A stretch of DNA of 64,000 bases from an uncultured virus (IMG/VR IMGVR_UViG_3300035136_000035) (IMGVR_UViG_3300035136_000035), one strand, 5' to 3'; shown: positions 6,810-16,028, numbered from the stretch's first letter. Notes: a model not told the origin generated them from the sequence alone. A program made the numbers and translations.

Positions 6810-7118
6810 TCATTCATCAAAGTTTATTGATTCATTTACAACATTTTCTAATGAATTCATGATTGCTGTATTAGCGTCAATCCATGCGACAAAAAAGCAA
6901 GGATTTTGATTTTCATGTGCATGTTTCCAGCCTGAGTGAGGAGTGACATAATAACAGATATAAAATTCATCTGTATCAAGATCAAAGAATAAACCGCGTG
7001 AATCTAAATCATAATCGCAATCATCATTATACAGATTTTCATCTACTTGAGATTCATACAATTTATCTAATGATTGTCTTTCACATGCTTTAAGCATTTT
7101 TTCTTTTAATTCTTTCAT
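6810..7118 (-). CDS. hypothetical acidic protein, first gene of the leftward early unit
   Basis: 102-aa ORF downstream of a TAnnTTTG promoter element. Confidence 0.7.
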   Translation of the reverse strand: MKELKEKMLKACERQSLDKLYESQVDENLYNDDCDYDLDSRGLFFDLDTDEFYICYYVTPHSGWKHAHENQNPCFFVAWIDANTAIMNSLENVVNESINFDE

Positions 7119-7159
7119 AACCGCATTTTTTAAGTTAGTAATTGATCGAAACTTGAGAA

Positions 7160-7167
7160 CAAATATA
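7160..7167 (-). promoter_or_regulatory. Bacteroidota housekeeping-sigma -7 element
   Basis: TATATTTG fits TAnnTTTG, about 40 bp upstream of the ATG at 7118. Confidence 0.6.
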
Positions 7168-7440
7168 TATCATAAAAAATCAATTATCAAGTGTTTTGCT
7201 ATTTTTTTATACAAATTTATATAAAAAAGTCTGATAGCTATTGAAATTACTGATAGTTCAGAACTTATGTATTTTATGGTACTGAAACACCTTATATTAT
7301 TGATAAATCAATTATAAAAGCATTTTAAAGCTCATACGTGAACGCAAATATTAAGTGAAGTAATACCATTACCAGATAGGAGATCGTGCAGCAGGGACGA
7401 GATATGAAAGCCAAAAGTAAAGAAAAGAGAACAAATACAA

Positions 7441-7824
7441 TCAGAAAGGCAGATATCTATTATATTTCCGCTCATATTCCAATATCGCTTCATTATATAA
7501 TTTATCATAATCAGATATCAATTCTAATCCTAATCCCGTAAACATATAATAAGACGATCTCGAATGATGATAAAGAGTAATTAATCCAGCCTTACGCAAT
7601 AAAAAAAAATTATATTGCTTATCTGAACTAAGAGAGGAGAGAAGGGAAGGAGAAAGGCGTATCTTATCTTTCTTGCTTATCGTCGAATAATAATACAATT
7701 GAAACAATACTATTATTTGTATCCGCTTTATTTTATATTTACGTTTTATTTGCTTGAAAACTAACTCGCTAAATGTTAAATATCTGCAAGCACCCTTTAT
7801 TAATGTATGTTTTCTTATTTTCAA
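7441..7824 (-). CDS. putative winged-helix DNA-binding protein
   Basis: Basic 127-aa ORF; LRKAGLI...YMFTGLGLELI resembles a wHTH wing; TTG start. Confidence 0.45.
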   Translation of the reverse strand: MKIRKHTLIKGACRYLTFSELVFKQIKRKYKIKRIQIIVLFQLYYYSTISKKDKIRLSPSLLSSLSSDKQYNFFLLRKAGLITLYHHSRSSYYMFTGLGLELISDYDKLYNEAILEYERKYNRYLPF

Positions 7825-8565
7825 ATGAAACTAGTTTATATTATAAACTTGGTAGTACTCAGTTCATTACGTTATTTACTTCTTTGATTCAAAGTTAAAA
7901 AAATATTTCAATAATTTCCATAATTATTTATTGTGAAACGCTTTTTATTGATTTACAGGTAATTAATTAAATTAAAAAAGACTTATAATTAATATTATGT
8001 TAAATAGTATTAATATTTCACAATAAAAACGCTTTATACAGGATTGTTTTATAGTGCAGAAAATCAGGGGTAAATAAATTGAAATACAGGAATAACAAGG
8101 GGGACGGGGTCGCAATTTCGATTTTGGGAAATTGGATGCACCCCCTGTTATATATACACTGAGTACCATAAAATGGACACTAAAAAAAGTATAATAATAA
8201 TCGGGGGAAATGTATCAGTAACATATATTATATAATTTATATATCATATTAACTTTGGAGGGGGTATATTTGGACGAAAAAGATATTTTGGCATGGTGTA
8301 TTCATTTGGCAAAAAAAGATTAAAATAAGGGGTATTTCATATAGTATTAATTAAGGCATAAAAAAAAGAGTAATATTTCACAGGAAATAGATAAAAAGAT
8401 GTAACAAAAGGTATGATTTCACACGGGAAAAACAAAAAATAAAATTTGAGTAAAAAGTTTTGTATTTATTGTTATTGTTGTTTTAGATGGATTTTATTTA
8501 ATTCACAAGGAAAAATTCACAAGGAATATAATTTTAAAAATGTTGCAAAATCCGTGAATTTTATA

Positions 8566-8573
8566 TAAGTTTG
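8566..8573 (+). promoter_or_regulatory. Bacteroidota -7 promoter element
   Basis: TAAGTTTG upstream of 8602. Confidence 0.6.
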
Positions 8574-8601
8574 CAGCATAAATAAGAAAAATATGTGAAA
8601 A

Positions 8602-9111
8602 ATGAGAAAAATAGAATTATTTATAAAAGAGAGAAGGATAAAGATAAAAGATATAGAGGAAGAATTAGGAATTCCAAGAAGGAGTATTCAGATGACAAAA
8701 GGGAGGGGCATTCCCGATAAATATATAAGTTTAGTTACTGAATTATTAATATTGAAATATGGTTATGTTGATGATTGTTCATTATCAGAAGTAGATATTC
8801 CTATAGGAAAACCTGAAAAGGAAATAAAAATAAATTACAGGTGGAATAAGAATTTTATACCTAAGTATACGGATGGAATAATTCGGTATCAAGATCCTGA
8901 AAATGGGTTATGGAGGAGATTATGGGAGTATCAGAGTTATGTAGAAAAAAGCAAAGATGAAAATGGTAAAGAAATAAAAACGAGGAAAATAAGGAAAGAA
9001 TTTTTACCAGAGACAGGAGAAATATTAAAAGATAAGATAGGGGAATATTATATAGCCAGGAATGGTATAAAGGTATATAGTTTTAAAGGGGATTTAGGAA
9101 AAATAAATTAG
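8602..9111 (+). CDS. hypothetical protein with possible N-terminal HTH
   Basis: IKIKDIEEELGIPRRSI is HTH-like. Confidence 0.6.
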   Translation: MRKIELFIKERRIKIKDIEEELGIPRRSIQMTKGRGIPDKYISLVTELLILKYGYVDDCSLSEVDIPIGKPEKEIKINYRWNKNFIPKYTDGIIRYQDPENGLWRRLWEYQSYVEKSKDENGKEIKTRKIRKEFLPETGEILKDKIGEYYIARNGIKVYSFKGDLGKIN

Positions 9112-9192
9112 TCATGGATTTAGAAATTAAAAAAAGCGAAAGAAGTTCAAAATATTATATAAATTAATAAAATCAATAAATTATAAAAAGTT

Positions 9193-9345
9193 ATGAGAAA
9201 AAACAGGCCAATAAATTCTAAAACATGTTTGACATGTGGTAAAAAATTCAATCCTAATTCAGCACATCATAAATATTGTAGTGATGAATGCAGGCCAAGT
9301 AAGCATGATTATTATATTAATTGGTTAATAAAAACAGCGATATGA
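9193..9345 (+). CDS. small zinc-finger protein (50 aa, not in ORF track)
   Basis: CLTCGKKF...KYCSDEC. Confidence 0.65.
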   Translation: MRKNRPINSKTCLTCGKKFNPNSAHHKYCSDECRPSKHDYYINWLIKTAI

Positions 9346-9521
9346 AAATAATAAAAGAATTATTAATATTTTTTATAATTTTCTTATTTATATCTTTAAT
9401 ATTTATTACAGAATTTTGGGATATGATGGGTTCTATTTGGAATAAGATATTATTTATAATATTTTTATTATGTGCAACAATGATGATATATTTTGGAATT
9501 TTTAAATACGATGATTTATGA
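9342..9521 (+). CDS. small two-TM membrane protein
   Basis: Two hydrophobic stretches; ATGA overlap with the upstream ORF. Confidence 0.55.
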   Translation: MKIIKELLIFFIIFLFISLIFITEFWDMMGSIWNKILFIIFLLCATMMIYFGIFKYDDL

Positions 9522-10143
9522 CAAACTGGGGTAAAGTAGAATTAATACAGCTATACGAGAAGATCGTAAGACTGAAACTAGGAGAATTATAAAACCTCAA
9601 CCAATTTTTGATAGAAATTATATGGGGAATCGTAAAATTAAGATTAATAAAAATCATTATATATCTATCAATTATATTACAAAATCACCATATGGAAAAC
9701 CAGGAAATTATTTATGGGTTCGTGAAACTTGGTCTACTGAAAGAAAATATCCTCTAGCAATAAATTCACCTAATAGAGAAGCAATAAATTATATCTATAA
9801 AGCTGATAAACTAGAGCATATTTCAAAATTAATGAAATGGAAATCTTCAATATACATGCCTAAATCAGCTTGTAGATTGATTCTCAAGATTGAAGATTTA
9901 GGAGTTGAAAGAATTCAGGATATTACGGAAGAAAGCGCGATTAATGAAGGAATATTATCATCTTCATTTGATGTTGGTGAATATGAAGAAGTTGGTTATT
10001 ACATTTATGGATCAAAAAATGATTGGGATGTAAATCCTATTAATTCTTTTCAATCCTTATATATTTCAATAAATGGTCAAAAATCTTGGGATAAAAATAT
10101 TTTTGTTTGGAGAATTAAATTTTCAAAATATATTCAAATGTGA
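9518..10143 (+). pseudogene. ASCH/PUA-like phage protein with apparent frameshift near 9550
   Basis: AIREDRKTETRRIIKPQP is in frame upstream of ATG 9622 but behind a TAA at 9532; LWVRETW, WKSSIYMP, VERIQDITEESAINEG and SWDKNIFVW family motifs. Confidence 0.6.
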
Positions 10144-10373
10144 AACTAAAATACGAAACAGTTCATTTCAAGAAAATCAAAAAAAGGAATATTCATGATC
10201 AATATAATGTATTTGAAAATACATTTAATATTCAAATTGGTTTAATAATTTGGAGTGATTATTCTAAAAAATATGGTTATTTATCAGTAATGAATAATTG
10301 GCATTGCAATGAATTACCAGAGATTATTGAATTTTTAAAACAATTGAATAATGAAAATACTAATACTGGTTAA
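10140..10373 (+). CDS. hypothetical protein
   Basis: Packed ORF. Confidence 0.55.
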   Translation: MKLKYETVHFKKIKKRNIHDQYNVFENTFNIQIGLIIWSDYSKKYGYLSVMNNWHCNELPEIIEFLKQLNNENTNTG

Positions 10374-10381
10374 AATATTGT

Positions 10382-10765
10382 GTGATGGAAAAAGAGACGA
10401 AGCCACAAAAAAGCACTGATACCCAAATGGGTTATGATACGGTGTTAGCCACAGTTTTTAGGGGTGGCAATGCTGGAATAGAATTTGATTACAAATGGTT
10501 TTTCAGATATTTAGATTATTTGCGAATTGGGTCGAAAAAATTACTGACAAAACTAAGGCTTAGAGATAAACAAAGTTGTAAATATTGTGGACGAGACCAG
10601 CATGTAGTGTGGAGTTGTAAAAATGAAGATTGGTTGAAACTACCAGAGCGGTGGCACAATACTGCTTTATGTTTGGAATGTTTTATTGCACTATATCCTG
10701 ATAATATGAACAAAGCTGATATAAAAATACTTGGTTACGATTGTGGGATGGCAAATTGTGGTTAA
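10382..10765 (+). CDS. Cys-rich (CxxC) hypothetical cassette protein
   Basis: CKYC...CLEC; cassette ends GTTAGCCACAGTTT (10444) and AAATTGTGGTTAAC (to 10766); stop codon lies in the core. Confidence 0.75.
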   Translation: MMEKETKPQKSTDTQMGYDTVLATVFRGGNAGIEFDYKWFFRYLDYLRIGSKKLLTKLRLRDKQSCKYCGRDQHVVWSCKNEDWLKLPERWHNTALCLECFIALYPDNMNKADIKILGYDCGMANCG

Positions 10766-10798
10766 CAATATGTATAACCAATTAAAATTTTTTCATTA
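10760..10798 (-). mobile_element. attI-like terminal half-site of cassette locus 4
   Basis: TAAC-AATATGTATAACCAATTAAAATTTTTTCATTA then ATG; same family as 1309 and 2249. Confidence 0.65.
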
Positions 10799-10827
10799 AT
10801 GAAAATACTAATACCGATTGAAATAAA

Positions 10828-11298
10828 ATGAATCTTGAACAAGAAATAATAAATTATATTCCTGAATTAAATAAATATTCAAAGTATCTCACTTCGTATT
10901 ATCCAAATGATTTGGTCCAAGATACTCTTGAAAAAGCATTAAGAAAAAAAAATGAATATAATGATCAGGGAAAATTGATAAAATGGCTTATTGTTATTAT
11001 GAAAAACACTCTTATTGATAGAGAAAAGTACAAAAAAGAATTTTATCCAATATTTGACTATTTTGATGAATTTGAAAATATCAAATCTTTGAAAATAGAT
11101 AGAAGAAAATTACGAAATGTGATATTTAATAGTAAAAGAAAGATTGTTGAATCTATTTATTTAAAATCATTTTTTGAACTTGAATACAAAGAAATATCAG
11201 TATTTCTTGACAAAAATATAGGTAAAGTACGACGTAACGTACATGAATTTAGAACATATATGAATAAAAACTTTAAAATGGAGGATTTTATATTATGA
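10828..11298 (+). CDS. ECF-type sigma-70 factor
   Basis: Region 2 DLVQDTLEKALR...LIKWLIVIMKNTLID; region 4 LEYKEISVFLDKNIGKVRRNVH. Confidence 0.8.
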   Translation: MNLEQEIINYIPELNKYSKYLTSYYPNDLVQDTLEKALRKKNEYNDQGKLIKWLIVIMKNTLIDREKYKKEFYPIFDYFDEFENIKSLKIDRRKLRNVIFNSKRKIVESIYLKSFFELEYKEISVFLDKNIGKVRRNVHEFRTYMNKNFKMEDFIL

Positions 11299-11422
11299 AT
11301 TTATTAACTGACATATTAGCATTTATTTTAGCTATAATAATTATGTTTATTAGTTGTTTTATTAGTTTTTTATTAGGCAGATTTTTAGCTAAATTTTTTA
11401 AAAAAATAGAAAAATAAAAATC

Positions 11423-12301
11423 ATGAAAAAACTTTTGAATTTTATGTTAGCATCTTTGTTATTAACAGGATGCACAAGTCAAAAAGATTGCACAGAATAT
11501 AAAACACAAATTGAAGCATGTAAAACAGATTTAATTCAATCAAAAAATCAAATTGAAATATTAGAAACGGATAATATTAAATTGATCAAATCTGTTGATG
11601 ATCTAAAAAAAGAAGTAAATATACTTGTTAACGATCTTAATTTATGTGAAGAAATATCCGGTAATTATACTGAAACTATAAAAAAATTATATGATAGTAT
11701 CTTAGGATTAAATTCACAAATCGAAAATCAAAAAGAATTGTTAATATATTATTTGGATCGTGTTGATAAAGCCTTATTTTTTATCGAAGATACTTTTTCA
11801 ATTGGAGATGAAAAATTCTTTGTTATTAATAGAGGAATAGATATAGATACTATTAAAATTTATCATTCAGAATCTATATACTGGATTGTTAATTACTTAT
11901 TCAAAAACGATACAATTACTAGGTATAAAAATGATTTTATTAATTTACAGGAAACAGAAGGTCATGTTGTGCTTATACTTGATGCTGAGGGGACATTTTG
12001 TCAAGGATTCTATCCTATATTAGCTGTAAATGTAAATGATACATTATATTGCAGAACTATTATAAATCACGAATCACCTATCTTAGTTCATATATTAAGG
12101 TCATATAATGATATTGATAATATTTCTCTTGAATTTATTAACGATGCTGCTGATTCAACATGTGATAGAAATGTAATAATAAATAGTGTTATATTAAACA
12201 GGATGGAAATGGATTCTATTGAACTTATTTCGCCTGCTAAAATCGTAAATGATAAAATACGATTGAATCACTCTGGGGCTAAAATTATTATTACACCATG
12301 A
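11423..12301 (+). CDS. lipoprotein with coiled coil and possible C-terminal carbohydrate-binding domain
   Basis: Lipobox LLLTGC; heptad region; FINDA...DRNVIINSV motif. Confidence 0.65.
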   Translation: MKKLLNFMLASLLLTGCTSQKDCTEYKTQIEACKTDLIQSKNQIEILETDNIKLIKSVDDLKKEVNILVNDLNLCEEISGNYTETIKKLYDSILGLNSQIENQKELLIYYLDRVDKALFFIEDTFSIGDEKFFVINRGIDIDTIKIYHSESIYWIVNYLFKNDTITRYKNDFINLQETEGHVVLILDAEGTFCQGFYPILAVNVNDTLYCRTIINHESPILVHILRSYNDIDNISLEFINDAADSTCDRNVIINSVILNRMEMDSIELISPAKIVNDKIRLNHSGAKIIITP

Positions 12302-12440
12302 GGGAATTATTAGCACGATGGTTAAATCATTATCGCAGAGGACGTGAATATGCTATAATACAGAATCTTATAATAGTCAGTATTTTTATCGAACAGTTTA
12401 TTGCTAAAAAAATTGTCAATAAATTTAATGTATTTGGATA

Positions 12441-12746
12441 ATGGAAATAGGTAGAAAATTAATTCACGGAAGTAAAAGAAAATATACTTTTGAATATGAT
12501 AAAGGAATATTTGTCATTACCTACAAACATCTTGTAAATCTTGAAAGAATGAAAAACATTGATGATATTACTGATATAAATATTCCACTTCCGATTAGAT
12601 CATATAGTGTTGTTAAATATGCTGTATTATTTTTAGGAAAAGATGGTAAAATGAAATTTTTATATAATCCTAAGGATTATTCATTAATAAAAGATATATC
12701 TAAAGAGTTTTACGAATTTATAACTGAAAATTATGACAAAATATGA
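12441..12746 (+). CDS. hypothetical protein
   Basis: ORF track. Confidence 0.6.
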   Translation: MEIGRKLIHGSKRKYTFEYDKGIFVITYKHLVNLERMKNIDDITDINIPLPIRSYSVVKYAVLFLGKDGKMKFLYNPKDYSLIKDISKEFYEFITENYDKI

Positions 12747-12861
12747 CAATGCTTGTTTATGAAACAAGAGAAACAGGATTAATAAAAGATTATTGGATTA
12801 AAGAAAATAAATTTATTCAACAAGAAATAGAATATAAAATTGAAAAAATAATTAATTTATT

Positions 12862-13176
12862 ATGAATGAAATGAAAAAAGAACAAACAGAATTATTAGAC
12901 TTTACGGTAAATCCAACTTTTCTTGAATTAATGAAGCATCCAATTAGCAGTATAAAAATCTCTAGCTACTTAAGTTTTGATATGGAACGAAATGGTAGAA
13001 TGCTTCACTGTACAATTTATAGCGGTAAAGACGGGCAAATAAACATAAGTGATATAAATAAAAATGGAATGCATGGAAATACAATACTTAGAGATTTTTG
13101 CCAAACACCAGAAGACTTTAAAAAAATGCTCGAAAAGTTGGATGATTTATTAACTAGAATACCAGTACAGGAGTAA
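12862..13176 (+). CDS. hypothetical protein (probable relic cassette)
   Basis: Followed by AATTTTTATTGTGCCTAACG, identical to the tail of the MazG cassette. Confidence 0.7.
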   Translation: MNEMKKEQTELLDFTVNPTFLELMKHPISSIKISSYLSFDMERNGRMLHCTIYSGKDGQINISDINKNGMHGNTILRDFCQTPEDFKKMLEKLDDLLTRIPVQE

Positions 13177-13186
13177 TTTTTATTGT

Positions 13187-13391
13187 GCCTAACGGCTGGC
13201 GGTATGCGGTCGTTATTTTTTACGGATTTGAAACACTTAATAAAATATAAAGATGAAAGACATTGAAAATTGGCTAAAAAACAGATACAGCGAACAATTG
13301 GTACACGCTAATAGTGCGTTTATTAGTAGCATTATATATGATTACTGCACGGAAGTATTAAAAAATAATGCCGTATTACCGCTTGTTAGCA
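13187..13391 (-). mobile_element. attC-like hairpin with protein-coding loop
   Basis: GCCTAAC-ggctgGCGGTATGCGGTCGTTATTTTTTA...TAAAAAATAATGCCGTATTACCGC-tt-GTTAGCA (as read on +). Confidence 0.8.
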
Positions 13392-13546
13392 AACGTTTTG
13401 AAATAGAGTTTAAATACGTTGACAGAACGGATGCTACATTACATAAAGATATTGTTGAAGCAGAAGATAGCGGACAAGCCATAAGTAAATTGTTTCAAAA
13501 ATACGGTTATAATATTGAGTGGTGGACAGTTAAAAATGTTTACTAA
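13253..13546 (+). CDS. hypothetical cassette protein with attC-encoded N-terminus
   Basis: Crosses the core at KNNAVLPLVSKR; ends GTTAGCAAACGTTTT and AAAATGTTTACTAAC; stop codon lies in the core. Confidence 0.75.
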   Translation: MKDIENWLKNRYSEQLVHANSAFISSIIYDYCTEVLKNNAVLPLVSKRFEIEFKYVDRTDATLHKDIVEAEDSGQAISKLFQKYGYNIEWWTVKNVY

Positions 13547-13588
13547 CATACATATAACGAAAATTTACAAACGCAAACAATATCCAAT

Positions 13589-13771
13589 ATGATAGAAAAT
13601 TATACAGAAAATGTAGAATGCAAACACTGCGGATCTTCAATGACATTTTGGTGGGATGGAGGAAAAATAAAAGGACAATTTTGGAATGCTTATAAATGTG
13701 CAGATTGTGGAAAAATAACCTCAGATGAACCGGATATTGATTTAATGTTTACTAAAAAATATAATAGATAA
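13589..13771 (+). CDS. small zinc-ribbon protein
   Basis: CKHC...CADC. Confidence 0.7.
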   Translation: MIENYTENVECKHCGSSMTFWWDGGKIKGQFWNAYKCADCGKITSDEPDIDLMFTKKYNR

Positions 13772-14064
13772 TGAAAATAAGAAATTATCATTTTGAATCA
13801 TCAAGTAAAGAACCAGTAACAATAACATGGTCAAGGCATCATGCAAGTTTATTAGCTGCATTTGGATATTATATTAAAAAAGATGGTGATTATTTTGATG
13901 TATATAAAGAAATAATTTATTATAATCAAAAAAAGAAAGAAAATGCTTACAGGGTGCATAAAAAAGATATAGTAAGTTTTCTTCAAAGAAAAGGTGCTAA
14001 ATTAAGGCTTGGAAATACAGATAAAAAAACAAGAAATTTAAGTTTCAGTAATTTTAACAATTAA
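13771..14064 (+). CDS. hypothetical protein
   Basis: Packed ORF. Confidence 0.6.
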   Translation: MKIRNYHFESSSKEPVTITWSRHHASLLAAFGYYIKKDGDYFDVYKEIIYYNQKKKENAYRVHKKDIVSFLQRKGAKLRLGNTDKKTRNLSFSNFNN

Positions 14065-14067
14065 AAT

Positions 14068-14304
14068 ATGGAAATAAATTTATCCGAATATAGACTTAAA
14101 TGGTTGATGAAACAGCCTTTAAATACTTGGATAGATATAAAGGTTGTTCCATCATTAATAGAATTTTATGGTATTATAGATGCTTTCGGAAGTAAAGTAT
14201 TGGATGAAATAGGATATGAAATGAAATTAAACAAATATTGTTCACATTTTATGATCAAGAAAAAAGAAAAATGTAATAAATTAATAGAATTTAAAATAGC
14301 ATGA
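14068..14304 (+). CDS. hypothetical protein
   Basis: Packed ORF. Confidence 0.6.
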   Translation: MEINLSEYRLKWLMKQPLNTWIDIKVVPSLIEFYGIIDAFGSKVLDEIGYEMKLNKYCSHFMIKKKEKCNKLIEFKIA

Positions 14305-14828
14305 TGACAGCATATGATATAAATAAAATACTTTATACTAATTTTTTTAATAATTATGATTATCAACTTTTTAATTCATATGTTTTTAAATGGGAATCTG
14401 ATTTTTTTGCTATTTCTAAATCTGGATATGTTCATGAAGTTGAGATAAAAATTAGTAAATCAGATTTTAAAAATGATTTTAAAAAAACAATATATCTTGA
14501 AAATATATTAAAACATGATTATATTCAAGCAAAAAAAGAATTTACACCGAATAAATTCTGGTTTGCATGTCCTAAAGAATTAATTTATACTGATGATATT
14601 CCATATTCTAATTATGGATTAATATGGATAGATAAAAATCATTGTAATATTATTAAATATCCAAAATTTTTACATAAAATAAAACATCTTGATAATAATA
14701 AATTTACAAAAATACTTTTAAATAAATTTTATAATAATAATATTGATCTTAGATATTCTTTAAATTTAGAAGAATATGATATTAAATATAGACAAAGACG
14801 TATTGATGAATATTTTTTTTATAACTAA
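14301..14828 (+). CDS. PD-(D/E)xK nuclease-like protein (MmcB-like)
   Basis: ESDFFAISKSGYVHEVEIKISKSDFKNDF and PNKFWFACP. Confidence 0.7.
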   Translation: MMTAYDINKILYTNFFNNYDYQLFNSYVFKWESDFFAISKSGYVHEVEIKISKSDFKNDFKKTIYLENILKHDYIQAKKEFTPNKFWFACPKELIYTDDIPYSNYGLIWIDKNHCNIIKYPKFLHKIKHLDNNKFTKILLNKFYNNNIDLRYSLNLEEYDIKYRQRRIDEYFFYN

Positions 14829-15056
14829 ACAATTAGTTGTATATTTGTCATGTGAAAGAATTTTTACACATAGAGACAAATAAAGGAATAACCAATTTTG
14901 AAATATTCCGTATGGGCATTTTAAGGCATCGTGTATCGATGAAAAAGATAGAAATGATAAATAGTACCACTTTATCATTAAAATTGATTATACGGCTTAA
15001 AAATGGATTTAACGATTATAAAGAAATTGAACATCTTATATTTTTAAATTAAAATT

Positions 15057-15248
15057 ATGGAAAATAAAACAAGAAAAATTTTTGAAAATAGAGGTATTTT
15101 ATCAGCTAGAAAATACGATTATTTATCTAAAGAATGGAAATTAAAAATTGATAATATAATATCAGAATTTAGAGGATTAACATACCATGAAGTTGATAAT
15201 ATAATTTCTATATTATCAGAAGAAATTAAATCAAAAGCTATATTATAA
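15057..15248 (+). CDS. hypothetical protein
   Basis: ORF track. Confidence 0.55.
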   Translation: MENKTRKIFENRGILSARKYDYLSKEWKLKIDNIISEFRGLTYHEVDNIISILSEEIKSKAIL

Positions 15249-15258
15249 ATTTGAATTA

Positions 15259-15618
15259 ATGCAGAAAAAGAAAATTAAAATTCCAATATATTTTGGAGAT
15301 TTAATTATTATTCAAGTAGAAAATTCAGAAGAAATAGAAAAAATAAAAAAACAGTATAATATTGAATTACCTAATTCATTTAACGCATTTACATTTAATA
15401 TTTATAAAAAAAAATATACAAGATATATCATGGTTTTTGAAGAAAATTGTAATCCAAGAATGATAGCACATGAATCATTACATGTTGTCAGGTATATTTT
15501 TGAAGATAGAAAAATGTGGTTTGAAACAAATAATAATGATGAAGCACAATGTTATTTACTTGGATGGATAGTTGGAGAATGTCATAAATTTTTAAATATT
15601 AAATCCATGCAACATTAA
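15259..15618 (+). CDS. HExxH zincin-like phage protein
   Basis: IAHESLH...DEAQCYL. Confidence 0.65.
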   Translation: MQKKKIKIPIYFGDLIIIQVENSEEIEKIKKQYNIELPNSFNAFTFNIYKKKYTRYIMVFEENCNPRMIAHESLHVVRYIFEDRKMWFETNNNDEAQCYLLGWIVGECHKFLNIKSMQH

Positions 15619-15694
15619 TTTAGTTATTAACTAATATTGAATATTTGTCAAACATTTTTGACATGTTTATTTTTTTCATATTTTTAAAATTTTA

Positions 15695-15727
15695 CCCATC
15701 CTGTTGTGAAACACGATGGGGTTTTTT
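15695..15727 (+). terminator. intrinsic terminator
   Basis: CCCATC...GATGGG hairpin with GTGA loop followed by a T-run. Confidence 0.65.
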
Positions 15728-15742
15728 ATATTTGTAAAATAT

Positions 15743-15815
15743 TGCGAGATAGAACAGTGAGTAGTTCGCTAGTTTCATACGCTAGAGGTCGAGGGTGCAA
15801 ATCCCTCTCTCGCTA
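15743..15815 (+). tRNA. tRNA-Met(CAT), initiator-like, atypical
   Basis: Acceptor GCGAGA/TCTCGC with 1:72 mismatch; D stem GAAC/GTTC; anticodon arm CTAGT-TTCATAC-GCTAG; T arm GAGGG-TGCAAAT-CCCTC; no encoded CCA. Confidence 0.85.
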
Positions 15816-15865
15816 CTAAAATAAGAAAGGAGGTAACCATGACGTAAAATCAATAAATAAATGTC

Positions 15866-16015
15866 ATGGCTACAAAAACAAAAACCGGAAAGGGAGGATC
15901 TAAAAAACACGGACGTAATAAACGTGGAATAGATCAAGCTACTTCTTTGTATTCAAAAGGTAAAATTAGTTTTGAACAGTATTCAAAGATGAAAGGAATT
16001 AAGAGGACAAAATAA
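15866..16015 (+). CDS. small very basic protein (49 aa, not in ORF track)
   Basis: MATKTKTGKGGSKKHGRNKR...; lies between the tRNA and a terminator. Confidence 0.65.
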   Translation: MATKTKTGKGGSKKHGRNKRGIDQATSLYSKGKISFEQYSKMKGIKRTK

Positions 16016-16028
16016 GTCCTCTTTTTTT
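16001..16028 (+). terminator. intrinsic terminator
   Basis: AAGAGGAC/GTCCTCTT followed by a T-run. Confidence 0.7.

Noticed and set aside
7972..8169. 65-aa ORF in the divergence zone
   Set aside because: Composition looks non-coding and there is no typical leader
14837..15052. 71-aa ORF as listed
   Set aside because: The TTG start lies within a TAnnTTTG promoter-like context; at most a shorter ORF from an internal ATG
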